A stretch of DNA of 64,000 bases from an uncultured delta proteobacterium (GCA_963808625.1 CAWEHK010000029.1:160001-224000), one strand, 5' to 3'; shown: positions 8,829-20,194, numbered from the stretch's first letter. Notes: generated by a model not told the origin, from the letters alone. Program-made: numbers and translations.

Positions 8829-11636
8829 TCAGTCGCTCACGCCAATGGTGAAATTATCGTCGCTCGCATCGCTCACGTCTTTGCCGGTAGTTATAGAAAT
8901 TCTGTAATTTTCTGCCGGTACTCTGGATAACGGAACTTTCCAGCTATAGGAGCCGGTCCCACCAGTACCGATGGGGCTGGAGGCGCTGAGGGTGCTCACC
9001 GCCGCCCCGCCCATAAGCAACTCGATTCGCACGACGGACCCCGGGCTTCCCTGATACGACCACTTGATCGTCTGGGTGGTCCCCTGAGGCCAGATCTCAC
9101 CGCCGTTTGGTGCAACCACACTGATGGCGGGCAGAGTCTCTACGGTAATGTAGTCTGTCCTGACTTTGGTACTACTTCCGCCAGGACCGCTAACGGTCAG
9201 GGAAACGGCGTATTTGCCAGGGTTGGCATAGGCGTGGGTGAGGCTTTTTTTGGAGGAGGTCTGGCCGTCCCCAAAATCCCACTGCCAGGTGGAGATGTCT
9301 CCCTTCGAGGCGTTGGCGAACTTGACAGCCAGTGGCGCTACACCCCGCAACGGTTTTGCGGAAAAATCGGCAACCGCTGGAACAAAGTTGGTGTTATTGA
9401 GCTTGGTCACAAACGCATCCCATTCCCCGGCTTTTGTCGGTTGGAGTGCCGCTGGCGTGACCAGAAAGTCATCGGAATGTGTCCATCCGGTGACGTAAGC
9501 ATAGCCGCTTGCGTCCACGGCAATGGCTCGAGCGTAATCGTCTTTGGAACCACCCAGATAACTGGAATAGACCAAGGTGTTCCCAGCAGCCTCAAGCTTG
9601 GCCACAAAAGCGTCCCATACTCCCACTTGTTGGCTCTGAAATGCTTTTACCAGGGGGAAATCAACCGAGGTGGTGTACCCTGACACGTAAACGTTGAACG
9701 CTGCGTCGACCGCAATACCGGAACCATAGTCGGTGGCCTTTCCCCCAAGATAGGTGGAGTAGGCGAGAGCGCTGCCGGCCGGGGTCAACTTCGTTACAAA
9801 AGCGTCGTAATAGCCGGCATTCTGGCCGTGATTCGGAATCGGATTCATAACGGGAAAGTCCTGCGAGCGGGTGGCCCCCGTGACATAGGCGCTACCGGTA
9901 ACATCGACCGCAATCCCTTTGCCCTCATCCAGGTCGGTTCCGCCGAGATAGGTTGAATATACCAGCGCGTCCCCCAGCGGGTTCATTTTCAGGACAAAAG
10001 CGTCCTCGATGCCCTGCCGGTCATTCTGGAAAGGATTTTCGAGAAGGAAGTTCGCCGACCGGGTCACCCCTGTTATGTAAGCATTTCCGGAAGAATCCAC
10101 AGCGATAGCGGTGCCTCCATCGAGGTCGCTTCCCCCGAGGTAGGACGAATAAATGAGCGGCTTTCCACTGACATCGAGCTTGGCAACAAAGGCATCGGAT
10201 TCGCCACCGGCGAAAACGGCCTGAAAAGGTTTCATCAGGGGAAAGTTCTTCGAGCTCGTTCTCCCGGTTATGAAAGCGTTGCCGGCAGAGTCAACAGCGA
10301 TGGAGGTAGCGCCATCTCTCGCACTGCCTCCGAGGTAGGTTGAATAGACCAGAGCATTTCCGGCGGGACCAAGTTTCGTCACAAACGCATCATAGTCGCC
10401 GCCCCTGGCTTTCTGGATGGCATTCTTCCTGGGGAAGTTGGTGGAAGTGGTATAACCCGCTACGTAGGCGCTGCCCGTTGCATCCAGGGCTATTCCATAC
10501 CCGTAGTTACGGCCGTTCCCGCCAAGGTAGGTTGAATAAACCAGGGCCGTTCCTGCGGCATCCAGTTTAGTGATGAAAACCTTGGCATAGGCGCTGGTAT
10601 AAGGCCCATGGAACGGCTCCTTGGTCGGGAAATCAACGGAGAGGGTACAACCCGTCAGATAGACATTGCTGGCAGCATCCACAGCCAAAGCATAGCCGTA
10701 ATCGCTGCCGGTCCCTCCGAGGTAGCTGGAATAAATCAGAATAGGGTCGATAATTAGGGGATATTTCTTGTCGTAAGAAGCCACTTCAAAGCCGACGACA
10801 TAAGGTTGATCGTCTCCTTTTGAAGGGCTTGATCGGACAGCTTCCGGGCGCCCTTCACACCCCGATAGGGAGATGGAGCTTGAAGGAGCATCGTTGGTGC
10901 GACTCTTGAGACAGAAATTGCCCGCCAGATCGACACGCTTTCCGTCGATCACCTGGTAGACCACGGGCGCCCTTTGGGCCATCACCAGCCCTTCACGCAC
11001 CTGGATCGTCAGGTCTCCCTTGTCGGTGATTTGAAGGTGATCAATCCCGGTGTACTGCAGCTTGACCTGCGAAAGGTCACCACCGGGCTTGACGATGATA
11101 TCGTACTCGAGATGCCTATTATTTCCGTAGAATTTAAAATCAACACCGGGATAGGCTTCCCCGTAAAGCACGGAACGATATGTCGGAATATCCCTACGCC
11201 ACTTTTCAGGCACGTCCCCGATGAAATAATTGACTCTGCCGGTTTGCGGCTCGTCGGCTGAGATCAATACATCGCGCCTCATGCCAAGGGGAGTGAGTTT
11301 GACGAGGTGCGAATTGGCCGCCTGTGGCTGTGGTTCTTCCTCTCGGAAGCTGGAAGGTCCTTGAAGCAATTCCTGGTCAGGGGCGGTAATGGCGAAAACG
11401 ATCCCATCATTGGTAAAAAATGTTTCATGCCCTCCCGAACTCTCATAGAACTTTACTCTGGGGTCCGTCTGTCCCTCATTGGGGACAAAAGAAAGCGGGA
11501 TTTTTCCGTACTCTTCCAAAAGATGTGATGCTTTTCCCCCGTTAACATTCGCTGTTGCAGGCTTGGAGAAGACCAGCATGGAGATGAGAACCGCAGCGAA
11601 GACAAAATCTCTCGACAGAAGATAACGCGCTTTCAT
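8829..11636 (-). CDS. secreted SBBP (beta-propeller repeat) protein with a PKD domain and a C-terminal Ig-like domain
   Basis: Signal peptide, about 7 repeats of YSTYLGG..D....IAVD...AYVTG.T.S.DFP, PKD motif WQWDFGDG, and VVAPNGGEIW. Confidence 0.9.
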   Translation of the reverse strand: MKARYLLSRDFVFAAVLISMLVFSKPATANVNGGKASHLLEEYGKIPLSFVPNEGQTDPRVKFYESSGGHETFFTNDGIVFAITAPDQELLQGPSSFREEEPQPQAANSHLVKLTPLGMRRDVLISADEPQTGRVNYFIGDVPEKWRRDIPTYRSVLYGEAYPGVDFKFYGNNRHLEYDIIVKPGGDLSQVKLQYTGIDHLQITDKGDLTIQVREGLVMAQRAPVVYQVIDGKRVDLAGNFCLKSRTNDAPSSSISLSGCEGRPEAVRSSPSKGDDQPYVVGFEVASYDKKYPLIIDPILIYSSYLGGTGSDYGYALAVDAASNVYLTGCTLSVDFPTKEPFHGPYTSAYAKVFITKLDAAGTALVYSTYLGGNGRNYGYGIALDATGSAYVAGYTTSTNFPRKNAIQKARGGDYDAFVTKLGPAGNALVYSTYLGGSARDGATSIAVDSAGNAFITGRTSSKNFPLMKPFQAVFAGGESDAFVAKLDVSGKPLIYSSYLGGSDLDGGTAIAVDSSGNAYITGVTRSANFLLENPFQNDRQGIEDAFVLKMNPLGDALVYSTYLGGTDLDEGKGIAVDVTGSAYVTGATRSQDFPVMNPIPNHGQNAGYYDAFVTKLTPAGSALAYSTYLGGKATDYGSGIAVDAAFNVYVSGYTTSVDFPLVKAFQSQQVGVWDAFVAKLEAAGNTLVYSSYLGGSKDDYARAIAVDASGYAYVTGWTHSDDFLVTPAALQPTKAGEWDAFVTKLNNTNFVPAVADFSAKPLRGVAPLAVKFANASKGDISTWQWDFGDGQTSSKKSLTHAYANPGKYAVSLTVSGPGGSSTKVRTDYITVETLPAISVVAPNGGEIWPQGTTQTIKWSYQGSPGSVVRIELLMGGAAVSTLSASSPIGTGGTGSYSWKVPLSRVPAENYRISITTGKDVSDASDDNFTIGVSD

Positions 11637-11786
11637 AATTCCTTCCTTTTGTTTCTTCGATACACACCACTCGACTCATCGAACCGGTTCCGGATCTTAT
11701 ACTTGATCGCTCGGGCACAGGGAAGAGTTTTCTTGCCGTGGCTCGTGACGACCACCTTTTGGTTCATGGTTTTCGGGCCTTGAGCG

Positions 11787-12290
11787 CTACTCTGCAAGTC
11801 TTGCGATGATCCAGCGATGTTCGGGGTAACTCTCGCTCAAGGATTCTCGGTCGGCCAATTCGAAGTCGTCGTAGTCGAAGCCGGGAGACACGGTGCACCC
11901 AACCAGGGAATACGATTGCGGATCATCGACCAGGGCCCCAAACCAGCATCCCGCTTCTATGGCAATTTGAAAGGTCTCGCCTCGTTCGGGGTTCCCTCCC
12001 AGCTTCCTCTGCGTGAGCGATCCCGATTGGTCGATAACATAGAGGGTTAGGGCGCTGCCGGCATAAAAATGCCATACCTCATCAGCTTTCAGTCGATGAA
12101 ATTTCGAGACTTCATCTCCCGGCAAGAGATAGAAAATGGCTGTCGAAAACGCCCGTGCGCCTTGGAATCTCTCGGGGAGGTGCTCCTCCTCGAGGCCTTC
12201 CTTTGACCGGAAAGTCCGCCTGAAATAGCCCCCCTCGGGATGCCTCGAGAGCCCTAATTGCTCGATCCAGTATAGAGCGTCTTTGGTCAT
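11787..12290 (-). CDS. cupin_5 (DUF985) protein
   Basis: HPEGGYFR, STAIFYLL, FHRL..DEVWHFY, LVGCTVSPGFDY. Confidence 0.92.
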   Translation of the reverse strand: MTKDALYWIEQLGLSRHPEGGYFRRTFRSKEGLEEEHLPERFQGARAFSTAIFYLLPGDEVSKFHRLKADEVWHFYAGSALTLYVIDQSGSLTQRKLGGNPERGETFQIAIEAGCWFGALVDDPQSYSLVGCTVSPGFDYDDFELADRESLSESYPEHRWIIARLAE

Positions 12291-12294
12291 GGGC

Positions 12295-14806
12295 TTAATT
12301 GTTTGAAGGCCCGCTCTGCCCTGGTTCGCCCGTCTGACCCCCTTTCGCCGGCTTCTGTGGCTTGACGTGAGGACCTTGATCCCCCGCTTGCCCAGGCGGT
12401 CTGACCTGGGGCGGCCGCAAGTCCGGTTGAGGGGCGGTCGGTCGCACCCGTGGGGTGTCATTAAGCGATGGCCTCGCCTGTCCTGCGGCGCCGGGTTGCA
12501 TGCCCCCCTCGGGTCGCGAAGGCTTCACGCGCTGCCCTTGATCGCCCGGTTGTGCCGGCAGTCCGACCTGGGGCGGCCGCACGTCCGGTTGGGGGGCGGT
12601 CGGTCGCACCCTCGGCGTGTCATTGAGCGATGGTCTTGCCTGTCCCGCGGCGCCGGGTTGTATGCCCCCCTCGGGTCGCGAAGGCTTCACGCGCTGCCCT
12701 TGATCGCCCGGTTGTGCCGGCAGTCCGACCTGGGGCGGCCGCCCGTCCGGTTGGGGGGCGGTCGGTCGCACCCGTGGCGTGTCATTGAGCGAAGGTCTTG
12801 CCTGTCCCGCGGCGCCGGGTTGCATGCCCCCCTCGGGTCGCGAAGGCTTCACGCGCTGCCCTTGATCCCCCGGTTGTGCCGGCAGTCCGACCTGGGGCGG
12901 CCGCACGTCCTGATATGGTGCGGGTGGCCTGACCCTCCGTGGATCACGGTCACCGGGTCTTACCTGACCAGGTTCAGCCGGCTGCACCTCACCACCGACC
13001 GCCGGCGGCCTCTCTCCCTGGCCATCCTGGCCCAATAGTGGAGAAGGTCCGGTTCCCGGCGCTCGGCATTTCCCGGCCAGGTTTCACGGGCCTTGGCTTC
13101 GTTCCTTCACCGGTTAGCGTTCGGTCTCGATCCGGTTCGCCAGGCCGAGCTTCCGGGCGGACCCTGTCGGGTTGGCCCTCAAATTCTTGACTTGGCCCGG
13201 TTGCAATCGCTGATGGAGGTTTGGACCTCCCCTTCAATTCCCGTTGCTGGAGCTGCAGTTCGGTCTGCGGCCTGCTTGCTTCGCTTCCTCTGACGAGTTT
13301 GTCGGTTACTTTTGGCGCTTCTATCTTTACATCCTGCACCGGTTTCGCATACCTAATGGCGGCCACATCCCGCTGGATGAGGTTGGCGTTGAGGCCTCCT
13401 GCTTCTCTTGCAAGCCGCTCATTGTGGGCAATTCTGCTCAGGACGACATCATGGGGCTTATGTTCCGCTCTCATGTCGGTGAAATCGTATCTCTCGCGGA
13501 TATGGTCGTAATTGTGAATAACTTTGTCGTTGATGACCGGAGCAGCACGGTAGTTCTTGATGATGGTATTCCTGTTGATATTGGCAATCCTCAGGTTCTG
13601 GTAGTTGTTCACATTGTAGAAGTTGTTTTGGTTAATCACTACCGCATGGTTAACATATTGATATTGATTGATATTGATGTTAATGACGTTAATGTTGTTG
13701 ACAACCATGGTCCTTGGTCCCCACCAATGGCGGCAGTAATAGGGTTCGGTGGGGCCCAGAGGAATCCAGCCAATATGGGGACCCGAGTAAATCCAACCCA
13801 CTCTTCCCGGATACCACCCGAACGGAATGGCAAGAAACGGACCGAAACTCACGCCGACATTCACCACCGGCGGGGCCCAGTACCAGCAATTGGCGCTGCT
13901 CACGAACACCCAGTTGCCATAATGGTGGGTTACATAACCGAAAGGTTCATAGGGAATCCAGCAGTTGTCCCCGTAATAAACCGTCCATCTCCCCACCGTG
14001 AAGGGCGCCCAGCCGACCGAGACATTGATCGGGCGCCAAAAGTAACGGTAATTCCCTTCGTAATAAACGCGTTCCCATCGGCCATGTTCATCGAGCGCAT
14101 AGGACTCATCGTGCAGGGCGGGAGGGAGGTAGCGCACCGAGTCTCCCTGGACTTGCGTCCGCTGTGACCAGATCCGGTCCCGTTCCACATTCCAGTCATC
14201 CCAGTCCGCGTCGACATTTCCTTGCCCGGAGGTCACCTGGCGGCCGTCAGAAACAACCGAAGAGGAGCCCGCGATCACGTCATACCGGTTTTGGTCAAGA
14301 TTGGGGATGAAATCGACCTTTCCTTTGAGGGAAATCACCTCCAGAGACTGATCACCCACATATAAATCGAATATGGTTCCTGCCGGCGCCACGACATACC
14401 CGAAAGGGCTGGTCGCCTTGATCACACCGCTGGTGCTCCGGTTGTACAGCCTTGCCATGCCGGAGGCGACGTCGACCTCGGTTACCTCCAACTGAAGCGT
14501 GATAAGCTGGATCTGGGTGTTGCCCCCGATCCTGGCCCGGGTGCCATTGGGCATGACCAATTCCGCTTTGGCCTTTGCCTCTGAATAAAGGGAGTCATCC
14601 AGGCCAAAGGGGGCATCCCTGACCGTGGCCACCCAGTCCTTCGCTTCCGGCACATACCGCAGCAATTGGCCTTCGATATGCGCAATACGCCCGACCAGGA
14701 CCCCTTCTCCGGATGCTCCGGGGTCGCGGGCCTGAGCCCAGCCGAACGAGGTCATCAAAAGCATTACAATGAACCCTGGAAGGAGGCACTTCCTGATCTT
14801 TCCCAT
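12295..14806 (-). CDS. secreted FecR-like + DUF6600 protein with a Pro/Gln-rich repeat tail (frameshift ~13035)
   Basis: Signal peptide; WAPF..GRW..WIPYEPFGYVTHHYGNW motif; the tail continues in ORF 12295-13035. Confidence 0.8.
12370..12940 (-). repeat. 162 bp (54 aa) coding tandem repeat, 3 full units plus partials
   Basis: gacctggggcggccg recurs at 12403, 12565, 12727 and 12889. Confidence 0.95.
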
Positions 14807-14938
14807 CTTGGTTCTCCCGTTTCGGAAAAATATTTCAGACCTTGATCACACGACCGTAGAAATTGGTCTGAAGCCATTGCGCCGGACTGCTCCGGGTGTG
14901 AACCGCAATTTGTATTATGGCTCCGCAGAGCACCTAAA

Positions 14939-14954
14939 GCAATATGCGTTCCAG
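14939..14954 (-). promoter_or_regulatory. putative sigma54 promoter of the FecR/DUF6600 gene
   Basis: Minus strand CTGGAAC-GCATA-TTGC, with -24/-12 spacing. Confidence 0.55.
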
Positions 14955-15070
14955 CCTGCTATGTTGTTGAAATACAGTTCTTTTCAAGAGACGGCAAGGG
15001 ACGATGGGAAATTTGTCGGGCGTCCCGGTTACGAATTGTGCACGTCCTGTTACCTAATTTTGCCCAAAAG

Positions 15071-15114
15071 AAAACCCGACTCTTGCCGGCATGCTGACCG
15101 GCAAGGGTCGGGTT
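15071..15114 (-). terminator. intrinsic terminator after the porin-like gene
   Basis: aacccgactcttgccgg..ccggcaagggtcgggtt hairpin followed by a U-rich tract on the minus strand. Confidence 0.65.
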
Positions 15115-15153
15115 CGATGCGGGAGGCTTGCTGCCGTCGTTTGATGCTGACGG

Positions 15154-15975
15154 CTAGAAAGCGGCGGCGATGCGCACCCCACCAAAGACGTGGTTGGCCT
15201 GCGTATCCCAGGAGACGAGCGTGATCACTTCGTTAGCCTTGTGACTTAGCGGAAAAGCGAAACCAATCCTGGGGGAGACGGTGATAAATTTCCAAACCGG
15301 GATGTTCAGAGCAGCAAAGATCTGCCCGGAGAGAAACCCGGAAAAAGCTTGATCGGGATTGCTCGGGTCAGGGTAAGCGGTGTTATCATCTGAGTTCTGG
15401 TAGACAAAGGTCATCCCCAAATCGGTGCTCATGTCGTACCAGGGCAGCTTGAAGTTCCGTGAAGCGTCAAATTGAACCCACCAGCCGGGATAATGGGACA
15501 CTTCGCGGTAGCCTGTGACCGCGAAGGTTAGCCAGGGAAACGCATAGGAAAGCCCGCCGAAGATTTCAAAGGAATCATCGGTGCTGTCCAGGGCGTAGTA
15601 GATCCCGCCAACCGTCCCGCTCAATTCTCCGTAGATCTGGTGAGAATAGGAAAAGGTCAAGTCCGTCTCATTCCATGTGGCGCCACTGTATGGAGGCGGG
15701 TTCCCGGGAGGGTGGGCATTCGTGTCAAAATTCCCCCAGAGATTGAGGGAAAAACCCTTATAGCCGGCGGTCATCGATGGCTGGATGACCACGCTGTCTT
15801 TGCTGAGGGCATAACCTCGCCAAACGTACTTGCTGAGCACGTCGGTGTAAAGACTGGCGGTCGGCTTGTCCTCTTCTCCTTCGGCCAGGGCGGAGGCGCT
15901 GGAAATCATTACCAGCGATAGTGCAGCCAAAACACCAATGAATAGTTTCGTTCTCCTGAAAAGCAACGCTCTCAT
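15154..15975 (-). CDS. outer-membrane beta-barrel protein (TorF/Gcw_chp-like putative porin)
   Basis: Signal peptide, SKYVWRG, IQPS, NETDL and a terminal Phe. Confidence 0.75.
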   Translation of the reverse strand: MRALLFRRTKLFIGVLAALSLVMISSASALAEGEEDKPTASLYTDVLSKYVWRGYALSKDSVVIQPSMTAGYKGFSLNLWGNFDTNAHPPGNPPPYSGATWNETDLTFSYSHQIYGELSGTVGGIYYALDSTDDSFEIFGGLSYAFPWLTFAVTGYREVSHYPGWWVQFDASRNFKLPWYDMSTDLGMTFVYQNSDDNTAYPDPSNPDQAFSGFLSGQIFAALNIPVWKFITVSPRIGFAFPLSHKANEVITLVSWDTQANHVFGGVRIAAAF

Positions 15976-16147
15976 GTCGATAGCCCCTTTTTATTGTGTC
16001 AGTCGGTCCCGTCATGCGGGATCAGTAGGCGGAGATCAGAAAACAATGTCGATCATCGCTTTCCGCTGTGTTCTGCCCGATATTCCTGTTGCTGCACCGG
16101 TTCCATCACCTCCTCGTCAGCTAAACTCTTTCCGCCCATGAATGATG

Positions 16148-16163
16148 GCAGGAAGCGTGCCAA
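16148..16163 (-). promoter_or_regulatory. putative sigma54 promoter of the porin-like gene
   Basis: Minus strand TTGGCAC-GCTTC-CTGC, with AT-rich palindromes upstream (aacaaatttgtt). Confidence 0.55.
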
Positions 16164-16357
16164 GCGGCGGCTCGCCCGTAAACGAATGCGGGGAAGGAGG
16201 CTATCTTCTCGACATCGTGATAATTTTCAATCTATAATGAGCTTGCGTGCGGACTTGAAAAGAGTTGAGATATGTAACAAATTTGTTTATTATTTGCTGA
16301 AATGCCGACTTGTTCCAACAAATGTGAAACGCGGAAACCATTTTTTTCAGGGAGAGT

Positions 16358-16759
16358 ATGGTGGACGAAAACGTCTTGGAAGAAAAACTGGCAGAGGCAT
16401 TGCTTGCGGAATGGCAGGTCATCCCCACGGGCAGCGGTTTTTTGGTGACAACAGGCTGGCGCTGGCCTAATGACGAAAAAATTGAAATATATGTCAGGAG
16501 CGTTGCTGAGCGGGATGACCTCTATCTGGTAACCGATGGGGGCGAGCTGTTCAATTTCCTCTTCGCCCGAGGCGTCGATCTGCGCCAGGATGATCGCAAC
16601 ATGGAAATGTTAGAAAACATTGCCGCACGGTCCGGCGCCAAAATCGTCGACTACCAGATCGTCCAGGGGGCAAACAACGAGGACCTTCCCCGGAGCATCC
16701 TGCTGCTTCTGGAGGCTGTAAAAGAGGGTGCCTTCCTATTCTGGCAACGGCTCGTCTAA
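16358..16759 (+). CDS. DUF1828-like hypothetical protein
   Basis: GGAG RBS; T...PNDEKIEIYV..YLVTDGGE pattern. Confidence 0.7.
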   Translation: MVDENVLEEKLAEALLAEWQVIPTGSGFLVTTGWRWPNDEKIEIYVRSVAERDDLYLVTDGGELFNFLFARGVDLRQDDRNMEMLENIAARSGAKIVDYQIVQGANNEDLPRSILLLLEAVKEGAFLFWQRLV

Positions 16760-16997
16760 GAGGTCTGTCTGAAAATCATTTTACCAAAAACCGAAGGATG
16801 TCTCACCAAAAAAGCATGAGGAAGGGGAAGTGATCGCTCGTTGCCAAGTCAGCTTGGGAATGCAGGCAAAAGCTTCACGCCTTTCCATGTGTTGCGTTTC
16901 GAAAGCTCAACGCAACCTACGCTAGATCGTGGTGGGCGGATGCTTAGCCGGAGCCCTGGTGACACAGCTAGGGCGTAATTTTCGGGCATGTTTCCGA
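16760..16997. mobile_element. degenerate MITE-like element carrying REP-like palindromes
   Basis: Starts right after a TAA stop with gaggtctgtctgaaaat and ends attttcgggcatgtttc. Contains a GTAG-type palindrome, gtgttgcgtttcgaaagctcaacgcaacctac. Confidence 0.35.
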
Positions 16998-17221
16998 GTG
17001 TGTCAAAAAGACCTGCCCACTCCTACCGAACCTGGGGACACTGTGGGGTGGGCACAGCAGGACACCTGGATGCCCGCTCAGAGCATGCGGATACTCAATT
17101 GCAAGCGCCATGTGGCAACCACCTCATCGGCGTTTTTAGCCTCGGGAATGCACATCCGAGAACTGTCCCCAAAGCAGCATGAGGAACTAAGTGACCAGTC
17201 GCCAGCCACTGACCACTGCCA

Positions 17222-18619
17222 CTAGCCACTCATATACGCTACAGCCTTCCGCAGTCGCCCCAGCACGGCTTCCTTCCCGAGGACGTCAATGATTTCAAAA
17301 AGGCCAGGACTGACGGTCGTTCCGGTCAGGGCGACCCTGACGGGTTGGGCAACCTTGCCGAGTTTCAGGTCCGCTTCCGCACACACCCCCTGAAAGGCGC
17401 TCTCAAGATTTACTTCATTGAAGACTTCCAGACCCTCCAGGGAAGCAATCAATTTCGTGAAGGGTCCAACCAGGTTCGGGGTCAGAAACTTCTTTGCGGC
17501 AGCCGGGTCGTAGGCGATTTCCGGCACCATGTAGAACGCCATGGCGTCGGCCATCTCCACGAGATCATGGGTGCGCGGCTGCAGCGTTCGGATGGCTTTC
17601 GCAAGGTAATCGGCAGGTTTTTGGAGGTATCCGCGCGCCGCCAGAAAGGGTTCGAGCAAGGGCACGAGGGATTCGGCGCTCCGCGCTCTGAGGTAATGAG
17701 CATTGAGCCAGAGAAATTTTTCCGGATCGAAGACACTCGGAGATTTCCCGACATTTTCCAGGCTGAATTGTTGAATGAGCTCTTCGCGGCTGAAGATTTC
17801 CTGGTCGCCGTGGGACCATCCGAGGCGAACGAGGTAATTGATCAGGGCTTCGGGCAGGTATCCCATGTCCTTGTAGGCCATCACGGAGGTGGCGCCGTGG
17901 CGCTTGGAGAGCTTTGCCCGGTCCTGGCCGAGGATCATGGGGACGTGGGCGAAGCTCGGCAGAGGCACCTCGAGTGCCTGGTAGATGAGCATCTGGCGCG
18001 GCGTGTTGGGGACGTGGTCGTCACCCCGGATCACGTGGGTGATGTTCATGGTGATGTCGTCGATGACCACGGCAAAATTATAGGTGGGGATGCCGTCACT
18101 GCGTTCGAGCACGAGGTCATCCAGTTCGGCATTGTCGAACTGGATCGGCCCCTTGATGAGATCGTTCAGCACGGTGGTGCCCACCTGGGGACAGCGAAAA
18201 CGGATTACCCGGTTGGGGCCAGGCCCCAGTCCGCGGTCCCGGCAGCGACCGTCATACTTGGGTTTGCGGCCTTCGGCAAGGGCTGCCCGGCGCCGCTCTT
18301 CCAGAGCTTCCGGCGTGCACTCGCAGTAGTAGGCATGGCCTCTTTGCAGGAGCTTGCCCAGGTATTCGCGGTAGACTTCGAGACGCTGCGTTTGAAAATA
18401 GGGGCCCTCGTCCCATTCCAGGCCCAGCCATTCCATGGCATCGAGGATGGCCTTGATGGCGTCTTCCGTGGATCGGACGACATCCGTGTCTTCAATCCGC
18501 AGGATGAATTTGCCACCGTGGTGCCGCGTGAACAGCCAGTTGAAGAGAGCCGTGCGGGCGCCGCCGATATGGAGGAAGCCGGTGGGGCTTGGAGGAAAGC
18601 GCGTGATAATCGGTTGCAT
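17222..18619 (-). CDS. gltX: glutamate--tRNA ligase
   Basis: RFPPSPTG, HIGG, LRIEDTD, KLSKR. Confidence 0.97.
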   Translation of the reverse strand: MQPIITRFPPSPTGFLHIGGARTALFNWLFTRHHGGKFILRIEDTDVVRSTEDAIKAILDAMEWLGLEWDEGPYFQTQRLEVYREYLGKLLQRGHAYYCECTPEALEERRRAALAEGRKPKYDGRCRDRGLGPGPNRVIRFRCPQVGTTVLNDLIKGPIQFDNAELDDLVLERSDGIPTYNFAVVIDDITMNITHVIRGDDHVPNTPRQMLIYQALEVPLPSFAHVPMILGQDRAKLSKRHGATSVMAYKDMGYLPEALINYLVRLGWSHGDQEIFSREELIQQFSLENVGKSPSVFDPEKFLWLNAHYLRARSAESLVPLLEPFLAARGYLQKPADYLAKAIRTLQPRTHDLVEMADAMAFYMVPEIAYDPAAAKKFLTPNLVGPFTKLIASLEGLEVFNEVNLESAFQGVCAEADLKLGKVAQPVRVALTGTTVSPGLFEIIDVLGKEAVLGRLRKAVAYMSG

Positions 18620-18835
18620 GAATTCTTGAGCTCCTTTTTTGATCATTTCGAAATGATGAGCAACGGGTTTTACGCATAACACAGTCGCCAGGCGAACTCA
18701 AGAAAGAGGGCATCCCTGTCTCTTCAATGCCTGGTGGTGACTGTCCGGACCTGGAAGGATCCCCCGGGAGAAAATATCTCCGCATAAAACTCCTAACTTG
18801 CCCAATTTCCCATCATCTGGCAGTATGAAGAAAAA

Positions 18836-18860
18836 GTGCTGAGTGCTGAGTGCTGAGTGC
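18836..18860. repeat. heptamer array (GTGCTGA)3.5
   Basis: Seen directly in the sequence. Confidence 0.9.
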
Positions 18861-18994
18861 GGGTGGGGGCGTTGTCGGGATGGGTTCCCCTTGCATGATC
18901 TGATGGTGCGACACAGGGCATGACGTCTGACACGATGCGGGTGGTACGGGACGGTTGAAACGCGGCTGCTATTTTTGGAAGAGGCAAAATCGAG

Positions 18995-19504
18995 ATGATG
19001 AAGAACAAGATTTTTTCCTGCTTTGCGTTGATCGTAATGGTAGCTGCCCTGGGGGGATGCGGTAGAAATCGTCCGGAACTGCCGCCGCCAACGGTTGACC
19101 CGGTTGTTTCGAATATCAAGATCCGAGTCGTGGATGTCTCGAACGATACCCGGGAATTGTATGATGTGGATATGATCGGGATGATGTGGACGGGCCTGGA
19201 GGACTCCCTGAAGAAGCGAGGCATGCTGTGGAAGCCGGAGGATCCCGGTCTGCCGCTGATTCTCGAGGCTCATGTGGTGAAGTACCAGGAGGGGAACGTC
19301 TTCCTTCGTCCGATTTTACCCATGTGGGGAAAGACGGTGCTCACGGCGAAGGGTGACCTGAAAAGAGAGGGCCAGGTCGTCGCCTCGGCGGAAGCCAACC
19401 GGTCGATTACCCTTGGGAATGAAACCTTTACTCTCCATGCGTGGCGGAAAATTTTTGCAGGCGTTGCCGAAGATATGGTCAACCAGCTCACGCGGGGATT
19501 GTAA
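18995..19504 (+). CDS. hypothetical lipoprotein
   Basis: Lipobox LGGC after a hydrophobic signal. Confidence 0.8.
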   Translation: MMKNKIFSCFALIVMVAALGGCGRNRPELPPPTVDPVVSNIKIRVVDVSNDTRELYDVDMIGMMWTGLEDSLKKRGMLWKPEDPGLPLILEAHVVKYQEGNVFLRPILPMWGKTVLTAKGDLKREGQVVASAEANRSITLGNETFTLHAWRKIFAGVAEDMVNQLTRGL

Positions 19505-19536
19505 TCCGCACGAGATAAGGCCTCTTTTTTCCAGTC

Positions 19537-19603
19537 CAACTATCACCCATCAACCATCAACCATCAACTCATCAACCATCAACCATCAACCATCAACCAT
19601 CAA
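19537..19603. repeat. heptamer array (CAACCAT)n
   Basis: Seen directly in the sequence. Confidence 0.95.
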
Positions 19604-19753
19604 ATCACCAGTGAGACAAGGCGTCTCTTTTCCAGGACGGGTTGAGCGGGAAATGCCCGTTCCAGAAAAGGCTTGACTTTTCTCGGCTCATTTATTAGAT
19701 AAAGGCTCCCGCTTGGAAATAAAGGGTTGCCTGCCCCGGGGTTGGGGTGAGAA

Positions 19754-19829
19754 GGGCGGATAGCTCAGCCGGGAGAGCATCGGCCTTACAAGCCGGGGGT
19801 CACAGGTTCGAACCCTGTTCCGCCCACCA
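19754..19829 (+). tRNA. tRNA-Val(TAC)
   Basis: Cloverleaf, anticodon loop cttacaa, encoded CCA. Confidence 0.97.
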
Positions 19830-19842
19830 AGGAATACAGTTC

Positions 19843-19919
<77 letters not shown>

Positions 19920-19926
19920 GTTAAAG

Positions 19927-19960
19927 AAAAGGAGCTGACCTCAGTGGTTGGCTCCTTTTT
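19927..19960. terminator. bidirectional intrinsic terminator
   Basis: aaaaggagctgacc..ggttggctcctttt between the tRNAs and a convergent ORF. Confidence 0.8.
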
Positions 19961-19990
19961 CGTTTATGGGAGACAAGTGTTTGGGTTTCA

Positions 19991-20194
19991 TCATTCCTCC
20001 GTCTCGGGAATCACTCGGACCTCCTTCGATGGCTGGGTGAGATCGAATGTCCACCAATAAGTCCCATCGATTTGATCCGCAGTGACTCTCCCCGACGCCA
20101 GGCAGTCGGCAAGCGATATCTGCCGTTCATCGTAGAGATCGCGAGGGTCCATTTCGATCCAGTATCCGGGGTAAACTTCGACTTCGAGTCTCAT
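19991..20194 (-). CDS. small hypothetical protein (67 aa)
   Basis: AGGAG upstream; protein-like composition. Confidence 0.55.
   Translation of the reverse strand: MRLEVEVYPGYWIEMDPRDLYDERQISLADCLASGRVTADQIDGTYWWTFDLTQPSKEVRVIPETEE

Noticed and set aside
12370..12940. CRISPR array
   Set aside because: These are contiguous 162 bp coding repeats with no unique spacers, and no cas genes are present.
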